Below are positions 1 to 8,512 of a stretch of 64,000 nucleotides of DNA, one piece after another. Made by a program: the position numbers and the translations under genes. Positions within the stretch are counted from its first letter, which is position 1. Every line of letters begins with the position of its first letter. The notes under the pieces are model-generated. The model was given only the letters and a program-made list of their open reading frames with translations, was not told the DNA's origin and ran no database searches. This stretch comes from Bacillota bacterium (GTDB taxonomy: Bacteria; Bacillota; SHA-98; UBA4971). The stretch spans positions 74,165-138,164 of the forward strand of contig JBLNDE010000064.1 in NCBI GenBank assembly GCA_050261335.1, given 5' to 3'.

Positions 1-105
1 GAGGTCTCTTCATTCATGCGCGCCCGGTGTGCCCGGGCGCCTCACCTCCTCGTTTCCCGGTGGTTTTCGAAACGACTCCTCGTGTCTGGATGGCGCCATA
101 CTCAG
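1..105. mobile_element. Partial copy of MITE-like dispersed repeat (3' terminal signature GGATGGCGCCATACTCAGG); supplies TGA stop of acoB
   Basis: Terminal motif tggatggcgccatactcagg at 88-107 matches ends of copies at 17100, 45765, 49475; degenerate palindromic core upstream (ggttttcgaaac). Confidence 0.5.
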
Positions 106-1073
106 GCGATCCTCCGCACCGCCTCCACTATCTCTTTCTTCCGAGGCACGACGCGCGCCTCCAGGGGCGGGCTGAACGGGATCGGAACGTCCATGGTCCC
201 GACCCGGACGACCGGTGCATCAAGGTAGTCGAACGCTTCTTCCGTGATCGTTGCAGCGATCTCCGCCCCGGCCCCGCCGCGACGGCAAGCCTCGTGGGCC
301 ACCACCACCTTCTTCGTTTTCTTCACGGACTGAACGACAGTATCGATGTCCATCGGGACGAGCGTCCTCAGGTCGACCACCTCCACCTCGATCCCGTCCC
401 TGGCGAGTTCGTCCGCGGCCTCCAGCGCCCTGTGGACCATGACCGAATATGTAACGCATGTCACGTCCCCGCCGGGCCTCTTGACATCGGCTTTGCCTAT
501 GGGAACGATGTACTCCTCCTCCGGCACGGGGCCTTTCATTGCGAACAGGGCCTTGTGCTCGAAGTAAAGCACGGGATCGTCGTCCCTGATGGCGGCCTTC
601 AGGAGCCCCTTCGCATCGTACGGCGTGGAGGGGATCACGACCTTCAACCCGGGGACATGAAGGAACCACGCCTCGAGGCTCTGCGAATGCTGGGCGGCGG
701 CGGACTTGATGACGCCGTCGGGCGCCCTCACCACCAGAGGCAGCCGGGCCTGTCCGCCGAACATATAGCGGATCTTCGCCGCCTGGTTCGCGATCTCATC
801 CATCGCACACGTGACGAAATCTGCAAAATGCATGTCCGCGACTGGTCTCATGCCGGTGAGCGCCGCCCCGACAGCCGACCCCACTATCGCTGTCTCGGAT
901 ATGGGCGTGTCCAATACCCTCTCATACCCGAACTCCTGAGGAAGCCCTTTGAACTGGCCGAATATGCCGCCCTGCCGGGCTATGTCCTCGCCGAGGACGA
1001 AAACGGTCGAATCGCGCCTCATCTCCTCAGCCATGGCCTCGAGCGTCGCCTGGGAGAACGTTATCTCTCTCAT
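102..1073 (-). CDS. acoB: Acetoin/pyruvate dehydrogenase E1 component beta subunit (transketolase-like C-terminal)
   Basis: Translation MREITFSQATLEAMAEEM...typical E1-beta; GGGGGAGGG RBS 8 nt upstream of ATG at 1073; ATGA overlap with upstream alpha-subunit stop (1070). Confidence 0.9.
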   Translation of the reverse strand: MREITFSQATLEAMAEEMRRDSTVFVLGEDIARQGGIFGQFKGLPQEFGYERVLDTPISETAIVGSAVGAALTGMRPVADMHFADFVTCAMDEIANQAAKIRYMFGGQARLPLVVRAPDGVIKSAAAQHSQSLEAWFLHVPGLKVVIPSTPYDAKGLLKAAIRDDDPVLYFEHKALFAMKGPVPEEEYIVPIGKADVKRPGGDVTCVTYSVMVHRALEAADELARDGIEVEVVDLRTLVPMDIDTVVQSVKKTKKVVVAHEACRRGGAGAEIAATITEEAFDYLDAPVVRVGTMDVPIPFSPPLEARVVPRKKEIVEAVRRIA

Positions 1074-2056
1074 ATCCCGCATCCCTCCCCCTGGGCACAT
1101 GACGCGTACAGGTCCGAGAAGGCATCATCGGGGTCTGGATAAGCGCTTTCCTCTGCGAAGCTGACCGCCTCGAGGATCTCCTGGTGCGCCGCAGACCTGA
1201 TCCCCTCCATCTCCGCATCGCCCAGAACTCCGTCGGCGCGAAGCCGGTCCTCGAAGCGCAAGATCGGGCATTTCTCCCTCCATCCCTCGACCTCGGAACG
1301 ATCACGATACCTCTCGGGGTCGCCGACGAAGTGGCCTTTGATGCGGTAGGTTTTCGCCTCGAGGAGAGTCGGCCCGCCGCCCTCACGCGCCCGCGCTATC
1401 GCCTCGCGGGCTGCTTCGTACACTGCAAGCGCGTCGTTTCCGTCAACGGTCACCCCGGGGATGCCGTATCCCACAGCCCGGTCAGCGACATCTTTCACCG
1501 ACACAGAGTAGGTCGAAGGAGTCGTGGAGGCGTACTGGTTGTGCTCGCAGACGAACACGCACGGGAGATCGAACACGCTGGCCATGTTCAGGGCCTCGTG
1601 GAAAGTGCCGCGGTTCGAGGCCCCATCGCCGAAGAAGCACACGGCCACCTGGGCGGAGCGCCTCATCTTCGCGGAAAGCGCCGCGCCGACAGCGATGTTG
1701 AATCCTCCCCCCACCACCCCGTTGGCGCCCAGCATGCCCACGGAGAAATCGGCTATGTGCATGCTTCCGCCTTTGCCCTTGCAGTACCCGGTGCTCTTTC
1801 CGAGGATCTCCGCCATCATGCGCCGCGGGCTCGCCCCCTTTGCGATGCAGTGCCCGTGACCCCTGTGGGTGCTCACGATGTAGTCGGATCGGTCGAGCGA
1901 CGCGCATACGCCCGAGGCGACACCCTCTTCGCCGATGTACAGATGGACGAAACCGGGGATCTTGCCGGCGAGGAACAGCTCCTCCACCTTCTCCTCGAAC
2001 GCTCTGATTCTGACCATCGTGGTATAGATATGGATGAGTGTGTCGCGGTCTGGCAA
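1070..2056 (-). CDS. acoA: Acetoin/pyruvate dehydrogenase E1 component alpha subunit (TPP-dependent)
   Basis: LPDRDTLIHIYTTMVRIRAFEEKVEELFLAGKIPGFVHLYIGEEG... aligns to E1-alpha N-terminus; probable TTG start at ~2056 preceded by AGGGGGGAG; ORF-track start 2113 leaves no room for UTR after sigma54 promoter. Confidence 0.85.
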   Translation of the reverse strand: MPDRDTLIHIYTTMVRIRAFEEKVEELFLAGKIPGFVHLYIGEEGVASGVCASLDRSDYIVSTHRGHGHCIAKGASPRRMMAEILGKSTGYCKGKGGSMHIADFSVGMLGANGVVGGGFNIAVGAALSAKMRRSAQVAVCFFGDGASNRGTFHEALNMASVFDLPCVFVCEHNQYASTTPSTYSVSVKDVADRAVGYGIPGVTVDGNDALAVYEAAREAIARAREGGGPTLLEAKTYRIKGHFVGDPERYRDRSEVEGWREKCPILRFEDRLRADGVLGDAEMEGIRSAAHQEILEAVSFAEESAYPDPDDAFSDLYASCAQGEGCGI

Positions 2057-2134
2057 CTCGCTCCCCCCTGTCGTGTCTTCTCCGCTGCCATCCGGCCGGA
2101 CTCGCGGAGCCACGCCGCCTCACGCAGAAGGGAA

Positions 2135-2150
2135 AGCAAGATCCTTGCCA
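2135..2150 (-). promoter_or_regulatory. Sigma-54 (-24/-12) promoter TGGCA-N6-TTGCT upstream of acoA
   Basis: Minus-strand sequence cTGGCAaggatcTTGCTttcc has GG and GC separated by exactly 10 nt, as in the sigma54 consensus; immediately downstream of the sigma54 activator gene acoR. Confidence 0.7.
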
Positions 2151-2344
2151 GCCCCTCTCAGGGCGGCCCCTCCCAGGCAGAAAACGCCCGAAAGGCCGCG
2201 TTACGCCTTCATGAGCGGCACAACAGAAGGAGCGAGGCAGTCCCTCGCTCCTCAATGGCGTGTTCACATTCAGGACAGTGTGGGCCGTCTCCCATGGGTG
2301 ACCGCCCGGTTCCCGCCTGTCCTGTTTCTGCGCACTGTCCGTAA

Positions 2345-4387
2345 TCAGGACACTACCGTCCTCTCGAACCCGTTCACTCCAGTCCGATCGCCCGCAATGC
2401 CGAACCTCTTCATCTTGCAGTAAAGGGTGTTCCTGCTGATGCCGAGGGACTTCGCAGCGCGGGATACGTTCCCGTCGCTGGCCCGGAGGGCGGCCGCGAT
2501 GGCGATCCGCTCGGCCTCAGCCAGTGAGCGCACCTCCTCGGCCGTGCTCGGGGCCGTATGTGGCTGTGCGGCCGGACATGCGCCATGCGGCTGTCTCAGG
2601 TAAGCAGGCAGATGCTCGATCTCCACCGTGTCCCCGGGAACGAGCGCAAGCGCCCTCTCCACGACGTTCTCGAGCTCGCGCACGTTGCCCGGCCAATCGT
2701 GCCCAATGAGCACATCCATGACCTGCGGGGTCGCGTTCACGCTCTCCTTGCCCAGTTTCTGCCCGACCTTCTTGAGGAAGTGGCTGACGAGGACGGGTAT
2801 GTCGCTCCTTCTCTCCCTGAGCGGGGGGATGGTGATGGTGAACACGTTGAGACGGTAATACAGATCCTGCCTGAAATCGCGGTCGGCGACGTCGCGGGCG
2901 AGGTCTCTGTTGCTCGCCGCCATCACCCGGGCGTCAACCGGCAGGACGACATCTCCGCCAACCCGGGTGATGCGCCGCTCCTGAAGCACGCGCAGGAGCT
3001 TTGCCTGCACGTCGAGGGACATCTCCCCTATCTCGTCCAGGAGGAGCGTGCCGCCCGAGGCAAGCTCGAACTTCCCAGGATGCCCGGACGCCTTCGCCCC
3101 TGTGAAAGCCCCTTTCTCGTATCCGAAAAGCTCGCTCTCGACGAGCTCGCGGGGTATGGCGGCGCAGTTGATGGCCACGAACGGGCCGTCCTTCACCGCG
3201 CTCGCATTGTGGATGGCCTGGGCGAACATCTCCTTGCCGGTGCCGCTCTCCCCCTGGATGAGCACGTTCGAGGAGGTCTTCGCGGCCATCTCCGCAAGCC
3301 GCCTGGCCTCGCACATGGCGGGGGCGTCTCCGATGATATCGTCGAACGTGAAGTTCGCGAAGGCCCCGACCATGTAATGGACAAGCCGGCGCACCCTGCG
3401 GATCTCTCTGAACACGTCCACGACCCCGGTCAACTCCCCGCGCTCATCGCGGATGGGGACCGCTGACTTTATGAAGTGGAGGGCTCCACGCCTGCTGTTC
3501 ACGACGAACTCCCGGTCGATATACCCTTCGCCGGTCTTGATCACGTTGAGCACGATAGGGCGAAAGTCCACAATGTCGCTCACGTGCTGGCCCACGACGG
3601 CCTTGTGGTCGACGCCGAGTATCCGGCCGCCGGCTGAGTTCATGTAGGTTACGTGGCCTTCCGCATCGACGGTGAGAAGACCGTCGGAGACGTGCTCCAC
3701 TATCGCGGCCTGGTACTTGGAGGCAAGCGCGAGGTCGGCGAGGGCTTTCTCCACCCCGAGCTGGTTTTCGATGGCTCGTGCTGTAGAGACGACCATTCCG
3801 AGGGTGTGCCGGTGCGGCTTCGCACCGAGACCCGAAACGTTGAGCGCCCCCATCACACCTCCAGACGGGTCCAGGATGGGCGCTGCGGAGCACGTCCACG
3901 TCTTGTGGGCGCGACAGAAATGCTCCTCCCCGGCCACCTGCGCAGGGCGTCCGCTCGCAAGGGCGATCCCGATGGCCGTGGTGCCCACGAGCCTCTCCGT
4001 CCACTTCACGCCGGGCACGAAGTTCACGCTCCGGGCCGATTCCAGCACCCCAGCGTCACCGGTGACGGAGAGCACATACCCGTCGGCATCCACGAGCACG
4101 ATCACATAACCTGAGCCTGCGACGATTTCATACAGGCTCGACATGAGCGGCTCAGCCACCTTCAGCAACCGCGAGCTTGCAGTCCTTCGCTCCGTAAGCT
4201 CCTCCGGCGAGAGCACCACCGTGCTTATCCCGCCTTCAGGGTCTACCCCGAGGGCGCGGCAGCGCTCCCAGGAGGCCGAGACGAGGTCGCGGCGAGCCGA
4301 AGGCTCCGGTCGCCGGGGCCCGAACCAGTGCGCATCGAGATCCTGCTCCGCGACCGGGGCGTTGGGCCCGGCCTTGAGTGCCGACAT
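2345..4387 (-). CDS. acoR: Sigma-54-dependent transcriptional activator (GAF/PAS sensory N-terminus, AAA+ sigma54-interaction domain with GAFTGA motif, C-terminal HTH), AcoR-like
   Basis: Contains ESGTGKE Walker A, GAFTGA loop, RELENVVERA, C-terminal HTH (SRNTLYCKMKRFGI); start at MSALKAGPN (4387) with GGAGGCGG RBS. Confidence 0.9.
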   Translation of the reverse strand: MSALKAGPNAPVAEQDLDAHWFGPRRPEPSARRDLVSASWERCRALGVDPEGGISTVVLSPEELTERRTASSRLLKVAEPLMSSLYEIVAGSGYVIVLVDADGYVLSVTGDAGVLESARSVNFVPGVKWTERLVGTTAIGIALASGRPAQVAGEEHFCRAHKTWTCSAAPILDPSGGVMGALNVSGLGAKPHRHTLGMVVSTARAIENQLGVEKALADLALASKYQAAIVEHVSDGLLTVDAEGHVTYMNSAGGRILGVDHKAVVGQHVSDIVDFRPIVLNVIKTGEGYIDREFVVNSRRGALHFIKSAVPIRDERGELTGVVDVFREIRRVRRLVHYMVGAFANFTFDDIIGDAPAMCEARRLAEMAAKTSSNVLIQGESGTGKEMFAQAIHNASAVKDGPFVAINCAAIPRELVESELFGYEKGAFTGAKASGHPGKFELASGGTLLLDEIGEMSLDVQAKLLRVLQERRITRVGGDVVLPVDARVMAASNRDLARDVADRDFRQDLYYRLNVFTITIPPLRERRSDIPVLVSHFLKKVGQKLGKESVNATPQVMDVLIGHDWPGNVRELENVVERALALVPGDTVEIEHLPAYLRQPHGACPAAQPHTAPSTAEEVRSLAEAERIAIAAALRASDGNVSRAAKSLGISRNTLYCKMKRFGIAGDRTGVNGFERTVVS

Positions 4388-4507
4388 GTAGAAACCGCCT
4401 CCGCGACCAGATATGGCGGCACAGTCTGCGCGCCGTTTCCTGACGGTGCCGGGTTGGCGGCGCTTGCTGGGGCGGGGTGCCTGCAATTTGGCTGGACCGG
4501 GCTAAGT

Positions 4508-4825
4508 GTGGGTTCAGAAATCACCGCCACTTTTCCAGGGTTGCCGGTGTTGCTCTCCGGGGACGGCGCGCTTGCGGCGCGCCTCGTTCGAATTTGGCGC
4601 TTAAGGCTAGCCAAATTCTCGACGCCCCGCCCTAGCAAGCACCGGCAACCCGGAATCTTCTCCCAAACCGGCATGGATTTCTGAACTCACCCTTAGCCTT
4701 GAGCGCCGAATCCGAACGCATCTCACCGCACGCGCCGTCCCCGGCGTGCAACGCCGCCAACCCTGCACAGTGCTTGCGCGCTGAAAAGCAGCGCGAACCT
4801 GTGAAGATTCACCGGGAGTCACTGG
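4508..4825. mobile_element. Composite/nested MITE-like elements: one bounded by TIRs GGGTTCAGAAATC...GATTTCTGAACTC (4508-4699) plus inverted partial copy (4700-4825)
   Basis: Core ccagggttgccggtgttgc...cgcctcgttcgaatttggcgc...ctagccaaattc...caccggcaaccc identical in architecture to the copy at 16905-17122; 4700-4825 is the reverse complement of the 5' half of the 43438 copy. Confidence 0.75.
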
Positions 4826-4884
4826 TGCAACGACATGTCCGTCGCCCGGCCCGCAGAGAGCGCGCGATGCCGGTGGACGCACGC

Positions 4885-5403
4885 TCATCTCCGCCCGCTG
4901 ACGCCGCCTATGAGCAACACGATGCCCGCGATGACGAGGGCGATAGGCCACAGCGCACCCAGATTGAACCAGGGCCAGAAGTTCCGGGCGAGGAAGAGAG
5001 CCCCGATGCACACGAGGATGGCGCCCACGAGCTTCGCCCCGCCGTCGGCGCGACGCGTCACGCCATCCGAAGGCGCTCCCTCACCGCCGGCCGGCCGTGA
5101 GGCAACCTGCGGGGTCTCGCCCTTCAGTCTGGCCTGGACCTCTTTCGCCCTCTCTATGACTTCCTCTCGGATTCCTTCGGTCTTCTCGAACCTCTCGTTC
5201 GGCTCCGCGTGCGGGTCTGCCGGGATGATTATCCACGCGACTATGTACGCGATCACGCCGATGCCGTCGGCGAGCGCGAGAAGCACCCACAGGATCCGTA
5301 TTATCGTGGGGTCGATGTCGAAGTACTCGGCGAGACCTCCGGCGACCCCCCCAACTACGCACTCACGTTTCGAACGATAGAGCCGCCTCGCCACCAGATT
5401 CAC
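4885..5403 (-). CDS. pspC: PspC-domain membrane protein (phage-shock protein C family)
   Basis: N-terminal LYRSKRECVVGGVAGGLAEYFDIDPTIIRILWVLLAL = PspC domain; C-terminal TM segments. Confidence 0.85.
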   Translation of the reverse strand: MNLVARRLYRSKRECVVGGVAGGLAEYFDIDPTIIRILWVLLALADGIGVIAYIVAWIIIPADPHAEPNERFEKTEGIREEVIERAKEVQARLKGETPQVASRPAGGEGAPSDGVTRRADGGAKLVGAILVCIGALFLARNFWPWFNLGALWPIALVIAGIVLLIGGVSGRR

Positions 5404-5406
5404 TCC

Positions 5407-5697
5407 TTACAGGGGCATCCCGAGAGAGGGACCTCCCCGTGCGCGCCTACTTCTTCTTCGTGCCGCAAGATCGAGTGCTCTTCTTGGTCTCTTTCTCGCC
5501 CTCTTGCTTCGGCGCCGCCGGCTTCTTGGGCGCGCCGCACCCGCAGGACTCGTGCATTCCTCCTCACCCCCTTTCCGCTGCTTACCTTCTCGCGACTCAG
5601 GTTCCGATGCACTCACAGTCCACCATTTTCCTATACATTCGCAACGTGGCCCCGCGATTCCTTCCGGCAGCCGGGACAGTTCGACAGGATATTGCAT
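5407..5697 (-). CDS. Possible small protein with Cys-containing N-terminus and extremely Arg-rich C-terminal tail, immediately upstream of pspC
   Basis: ORF MQYPVELSRLPEGIAGPRCECIGKWW...RPRSRRRRSKRARKRPRR; GGGAGAGG 11 nt upstream of ATG; high-GC makes spurious ORFs common. Confidence 0.25.
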   Translation of the reverse strand: MQYPVELSRLPEGIAGPRCECIGKWWTVSASEPESREGKQRKGGEEECTSPAGAARPRSRRRRSKRARKRPRRALDLAARRRSRRARGGPSLGMPL

Positions 5698-5868
5698 GCA
5701 GCCGGAATCCTCTCCCGAACCGGCATGGACTTGTCAACTCATGCCCGATACTGCTATGCTACATATGGAACCCATGCCAGTGCCTTCACTTGAGCCGACG
5801 GCTGACGCGCGTCACGGGTCCCTCCGGAACCGTTCCCCACGTCACGCCGGAGAACCGTCGAGTGATGT

Positions 5869-6160
5869 AAGTACGACGCCATAAGTCTGCGCCACCTCTC
5901 CTGACGGTGTTGGGGCTCGCGGTGCTTGCCAGGGCGGGTGCCTGGAATTCGGCGCAGTGAGGGTGCAGGAATACTCTCGACTTTTGGGAGGGGTTGCCGG
6001 TGATTGCACGAGGGGTGCCAAAACCCGGCCACCGGCCAGACGGGGCGGATTTTGGCGAAGCGCGCCCCGCCTGGGGCGCCGTCCCCGGAGGGCAACACCG
6101 GCAGCCCTGGACAGGACTCACCCGCTGAAAAGTAGCGCGGACTTGTGGCGACCTACCTGG
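5869..6160. mobile_element. MITE-like dispersed repeat, variant B, inverted orientation; overlaps 3' end of HAD hydrolase gene
   Basis: Reverse complement of the 45545-45784 copy (gggttgccggtgattgcacgaggggtg...ggattttggcgaagcgcgcc...ctgaaaagtagcgcggacttgtggcgacctacctgg). Confidence 0.85.
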
Positions 6161-6888
6161 AATCGCCCGCGCTCCATGAAGTGCACGAGGTCCTCGAAGG
6201 TGCCCCGGAAGTCGGGGTGGTTCTGCGCCCGGCCGCGATCGAGGAGGAAATCCTCGACGAGGTACGTTTTCATCCCGAGCGTGCCCGCGATGATATCCTC
6301 CTCGACATCGTTGCCCACCATGAAGCATTCCTCGGGCGTGCGACCGATGAGCGCGAGGACTTCCTCATAGTACTCGCGGTTGGGCTTGCAGAAGTGCATG
6401 GTTTCGTAAGATGTCACAAGCCTGTACGACAGCCCGTCGAGGCCTCCCCATCTCATGCGCTCCTCGATGGCGGTGAGAGGGAACACGGGGTTCGTGGCTA
6501 TGACCACGTCAATCCCCCTGGAGATAAGGCCTTCGAGCATGCGCCGGGCGTCAGGGTGCGGACGTATCCCCAGTCGATCCTTGATGAGCCGGAAATCATG
6601 GCGATAGAAATCGTCGAACACCGGCATGAGCACGTCACCGGGTATCCCCACCGCTGGGAAGAAGTCCTCGGCGAACACCTCTCGGTTGGTCTTGCGGGGA
6701 TCCAGGTTTCTCACCATCACGTCGGTGGACTTCATGACCTGTCTTGCGAGGCGGCCGGGCTCGACCATGCTCGCCAGCCTCGCGCCGAGGGCGGCCAGGT
6801 ACTCCCTGATGAACGCGTCGAAATCGTAGTGAACCAGAGTGCCGTCCAGATCGAACAGTATCGCCCTTATCACGTTATCACTCCTCAT
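6118..6888 (-). CDS. HAD-superfamily hydrolase (DxDGT motif: ILFDLDGTL); last 13 codons + stop are encoded by the MITE
   Basis: VIRAILFDLDGTLVHYDF... HAD motif I; start at ATG 6888 (or GTG 6873 after AGGAG); C-terminal ...FQVGRHKSALLFSG* lies within repeat 6118-6160. Confidence 0.8.
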   Translation of the reverse strand: MRSDNVIRAILFDLDGTLVHYDFDAFIREYLAALGARLASMVEPGRLARQVMKSTDVMVRNLDPRKTNREVFAEDFFPAVGIPGDVLMPVFDDFYRHDFRLIKDRLGIRPHPDARRMLEGLISRGIDVVIATNPVFPLTAIEERMRWGGLDGLSYRLVTSYETMHFCKPNREYYEEVLALIGRTPEECFMVGNDVEEDIIAGTLGMKTYLVEDFLLDRGRAQNHPDFRGTFEDLVHFMERGRFQVGRHKSALLFSG

Positions 6889-6950
6889 GACCTCGCAGCA
6901 GCCCCGACCGGGCCCGTGGCGACCGCGACATGGCAAGGAGGGTTAGAGGC

Positions 6951-7229
6951 ATGCCAAGGTTCTATTCCGAGCCGATAGAGGTCGTGTTCAGGACACGTCC
7001 AGGTCCGCCGACGACATTCGTCTGGCGCGGCGAGGAGCACCGGATCGCTGCGGTTGAGGCCATGTGGCAAGATCACGGCATCGGCACGGTGAACCCTAAG
7101 TACGCCAGCTGGCGCCTGCGCCGCCATCGCAACTATTACAGGGTCCGGACGGATGACGGGAGAGTCTTCGAGTTCTACCTGGACCGGGGCGGCGGCAGAC
7201 GCAGGTGGGTACTCTATCGCGAACTCTAG
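6951..7229 (+). CDS. Small conserved-looking hypothetical protein (93 aa)
   Basis: GGAGGG RBS then ATG (MPRFYSEPIEVVFRTRPG...RWVLYREL); divergent from HAD gene; no recognisable domain by eye. Confidence 0.45.
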   Translation: MPRFYSEPIEVVFRTRPGPPTTFVWRGEEHRIAAVEAMWQDHGIGTVNPKYASWRLRRHRNYYRVRTDDGRVFEFYLDRGGGRRRWVLYREL

Positions 7230-7231
7230 GT

Positions 7232-7400
7232 GTGAGTTCAGAAATCCGTACCGGTTCGGGAGGAGCCCCCTGGCTGCCCATGCTCGCACCACCGGGCGCT
7301 CTCGATTTGGCAAGCCGGAATGCCAAATCCAGCGAGGCTCATCGCAGGCGTGCCATCCCGGGAGCGCAACAGCCGCAACCCCTGGAACAACGGCGGCGAA
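7232..7400. mobile_element. MITE-like dispersed repeat, variant C (gggcgctctcgatttggcaag...gaatgccaaatc...caacccctgg), with GAGTTCAGAAATC terminal motif
   Basis: Near-identical core to copy at 47850-47958; shares the GAGTTCAGAAATC TIR with the 4508 element. Confidence 0.7.
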
Positions 7401-7463
7401 TCCCGCGGCCCGCCTCCCCGCATGGCGTCCACACAGCCCGGCGCGGCCCGCGATTCACGATGC

Positions 7464-8345
7464 TCACCCAGTCGCGTCCTCTCCATCCTGTCCGCCTGTC
7501 CGTTTTGCGACCTCGGCGGAGTAGGCCGACGCAATGGCGCGCGTCACCGGGCCCGGCCTCCCATCTCCCACCGGCCGGCCGTCCACTCTCACGCACGGAA
7601 CGACCTCCATGGTAGTGCTGGTTATGAAGGCCTCGTCCGCCCGGACCAGGAATTCAGGCGTGAAGAACTCCTCGACCACGAGCATGCCGTGCTCACGCGC
7701 AAGGCCTAGCACGATGGATCTCGTTATGCCCGACAGGATCCGCGACCCCTCCGGGGCCGTGTGTATCGTGCCGTCCTTCACGGCGAACACGTTGGTGCTT
7801 GCCCCTTCCGTGACGTACACCCCGTCCCTTATCATCACGGCCTCGAGCGCCCCTGCCCGTATAGCCTTCTGCTTGGCCATGACGTTTGGAAGGAGGTCAG
7901 TGGACTTTATGTCGCATCGGAGCCACCGCTCATCAGGCACTGTGATTACGGAGGCACCGAGCGAGGCACGGTCGGGCGGGGCGGGCTTCGCCGGCCGGAC
8001 CGTGATGACGCAAGTCGGCTTCGCCGCCTCAGGGAACGCGTGGTTTCGGGGAGCCCACCCACGGGTTACCTGCATATAGAGAACGGCCTCAGCGATCCCG
8101 CTTCTTCGAAGGGCTTCGACTGCAATCTCCCCAAGCCGCTGCGTGTCGTTTGGAAGCCCCAGTTCGATGCCGGAGGCACTTCTTGCCAGCCTCCCAAGAT
8201 GCTCTTCGAGCGCAAATGGCGTGCCGCGATAGCACCTCACGACCTCGTATACGCCGTCTCCGAATTGAAACCCGCGGTCTTCCACGGACACCCGCGCGTC
8301 CGAAAGATCCATGAACTCTCCGTTCACAAATGCGACTTCCGGCAT
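7464..8345 (-). CDS. Class IV aminotransferase (branched-chain amino acid / D-amino-acid aminotransferase)
   Basis: MPEVAFVNGEFMDLSDARVSVEDRGFQFGDGVYEV... and EVVPCVRVDGRPVGDG motif typical of IlvE/Dat fold type IV. Confidence 0.85.
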   Translation of the reverse strand: MPEVAFVNGEFMDLSDARVSVEDRGFQFGDGVYEVVRCYRGTPFALEEHLGRLARSASGIELGLPNDTQRLGEIAVEALRRSGIAEAVLYMQVTRGWAPRNHAFPEAAKPTCVITVRPAKPAPPDRASLGASVITVPDERWLRCDIKSTDLLPNVMAKQKAIRAGALEAVMIRDGVYVTEGASTNVFAVKDGTIHTAPEGSRILSGITRSIVLGLAREHGMLVVEEFFTPEFLVRADEAFITSTTMEVVPCVRVDGRPVGDGRPGPVTRAIASAYSAEVAKRTGGQDGEDATG

Positions 8346-8512
8346 GTGCCCACGTCGCCCCCTCTGAGACTTCGTCGTGGCTACATTCCTCTTTCTCCAC
8401 ACCGCCGCAAATCCCTTCATGCAACCATAGCGCCTCATGACCCTTTAGCGAGACTCATAAAACGACACGAAGAGAGGAAACTACACTTGTGTGCGAAAGC
8501 TGCGTGGTAGGG

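Noticed and set aside
1070-1073. ATGA start/stop overlaps (acoA/acoB 1070-1073; peptidase/AP 36137-36140; tepA/ylzJ 48256-48259; ABC ATPase/permease 51196-51198; atpF/atpH; atpH/atpA GTGA)
   Set aside because: This is ordinary translational coupling. It was used only to refine start codons and is not a finding.
27-1142. Long plus-strand ORF (371 aa) antisense to acoB; similar long antisense or alternative-frame ORFs at 1184..2344, 17061..18221, 18620-region, 54812..56335 and 58591..60414
   Set aside because: High-GC DNA yields long spurious ORFs. Each lies opposite or out-of-frame to a gene with clear homology and motifs, and has no RBS or recognisable domain.
4590-4600. tRNA-like T-loop motifs (CGTTCGAAT / GCGTTCGAATCTGG) inside the repeat elements
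   Set aside because: No acceptor, D or anticodon arms can be built. The motif is part of the repeat's internal palindrome. No tRNA or rRNA genes were found in the window.
4328-4684. Small ORFs translated entirely from repeat copies (4328..4684, 43471..43683, 29896..30105, 45341..45787, 17002..17532)
   Set aside because: They are translations of the MITE-like repeat in both orientations, with recurring HRQGRWRK / GCRCCP peptides. The repeat is palindromic and non-coding.
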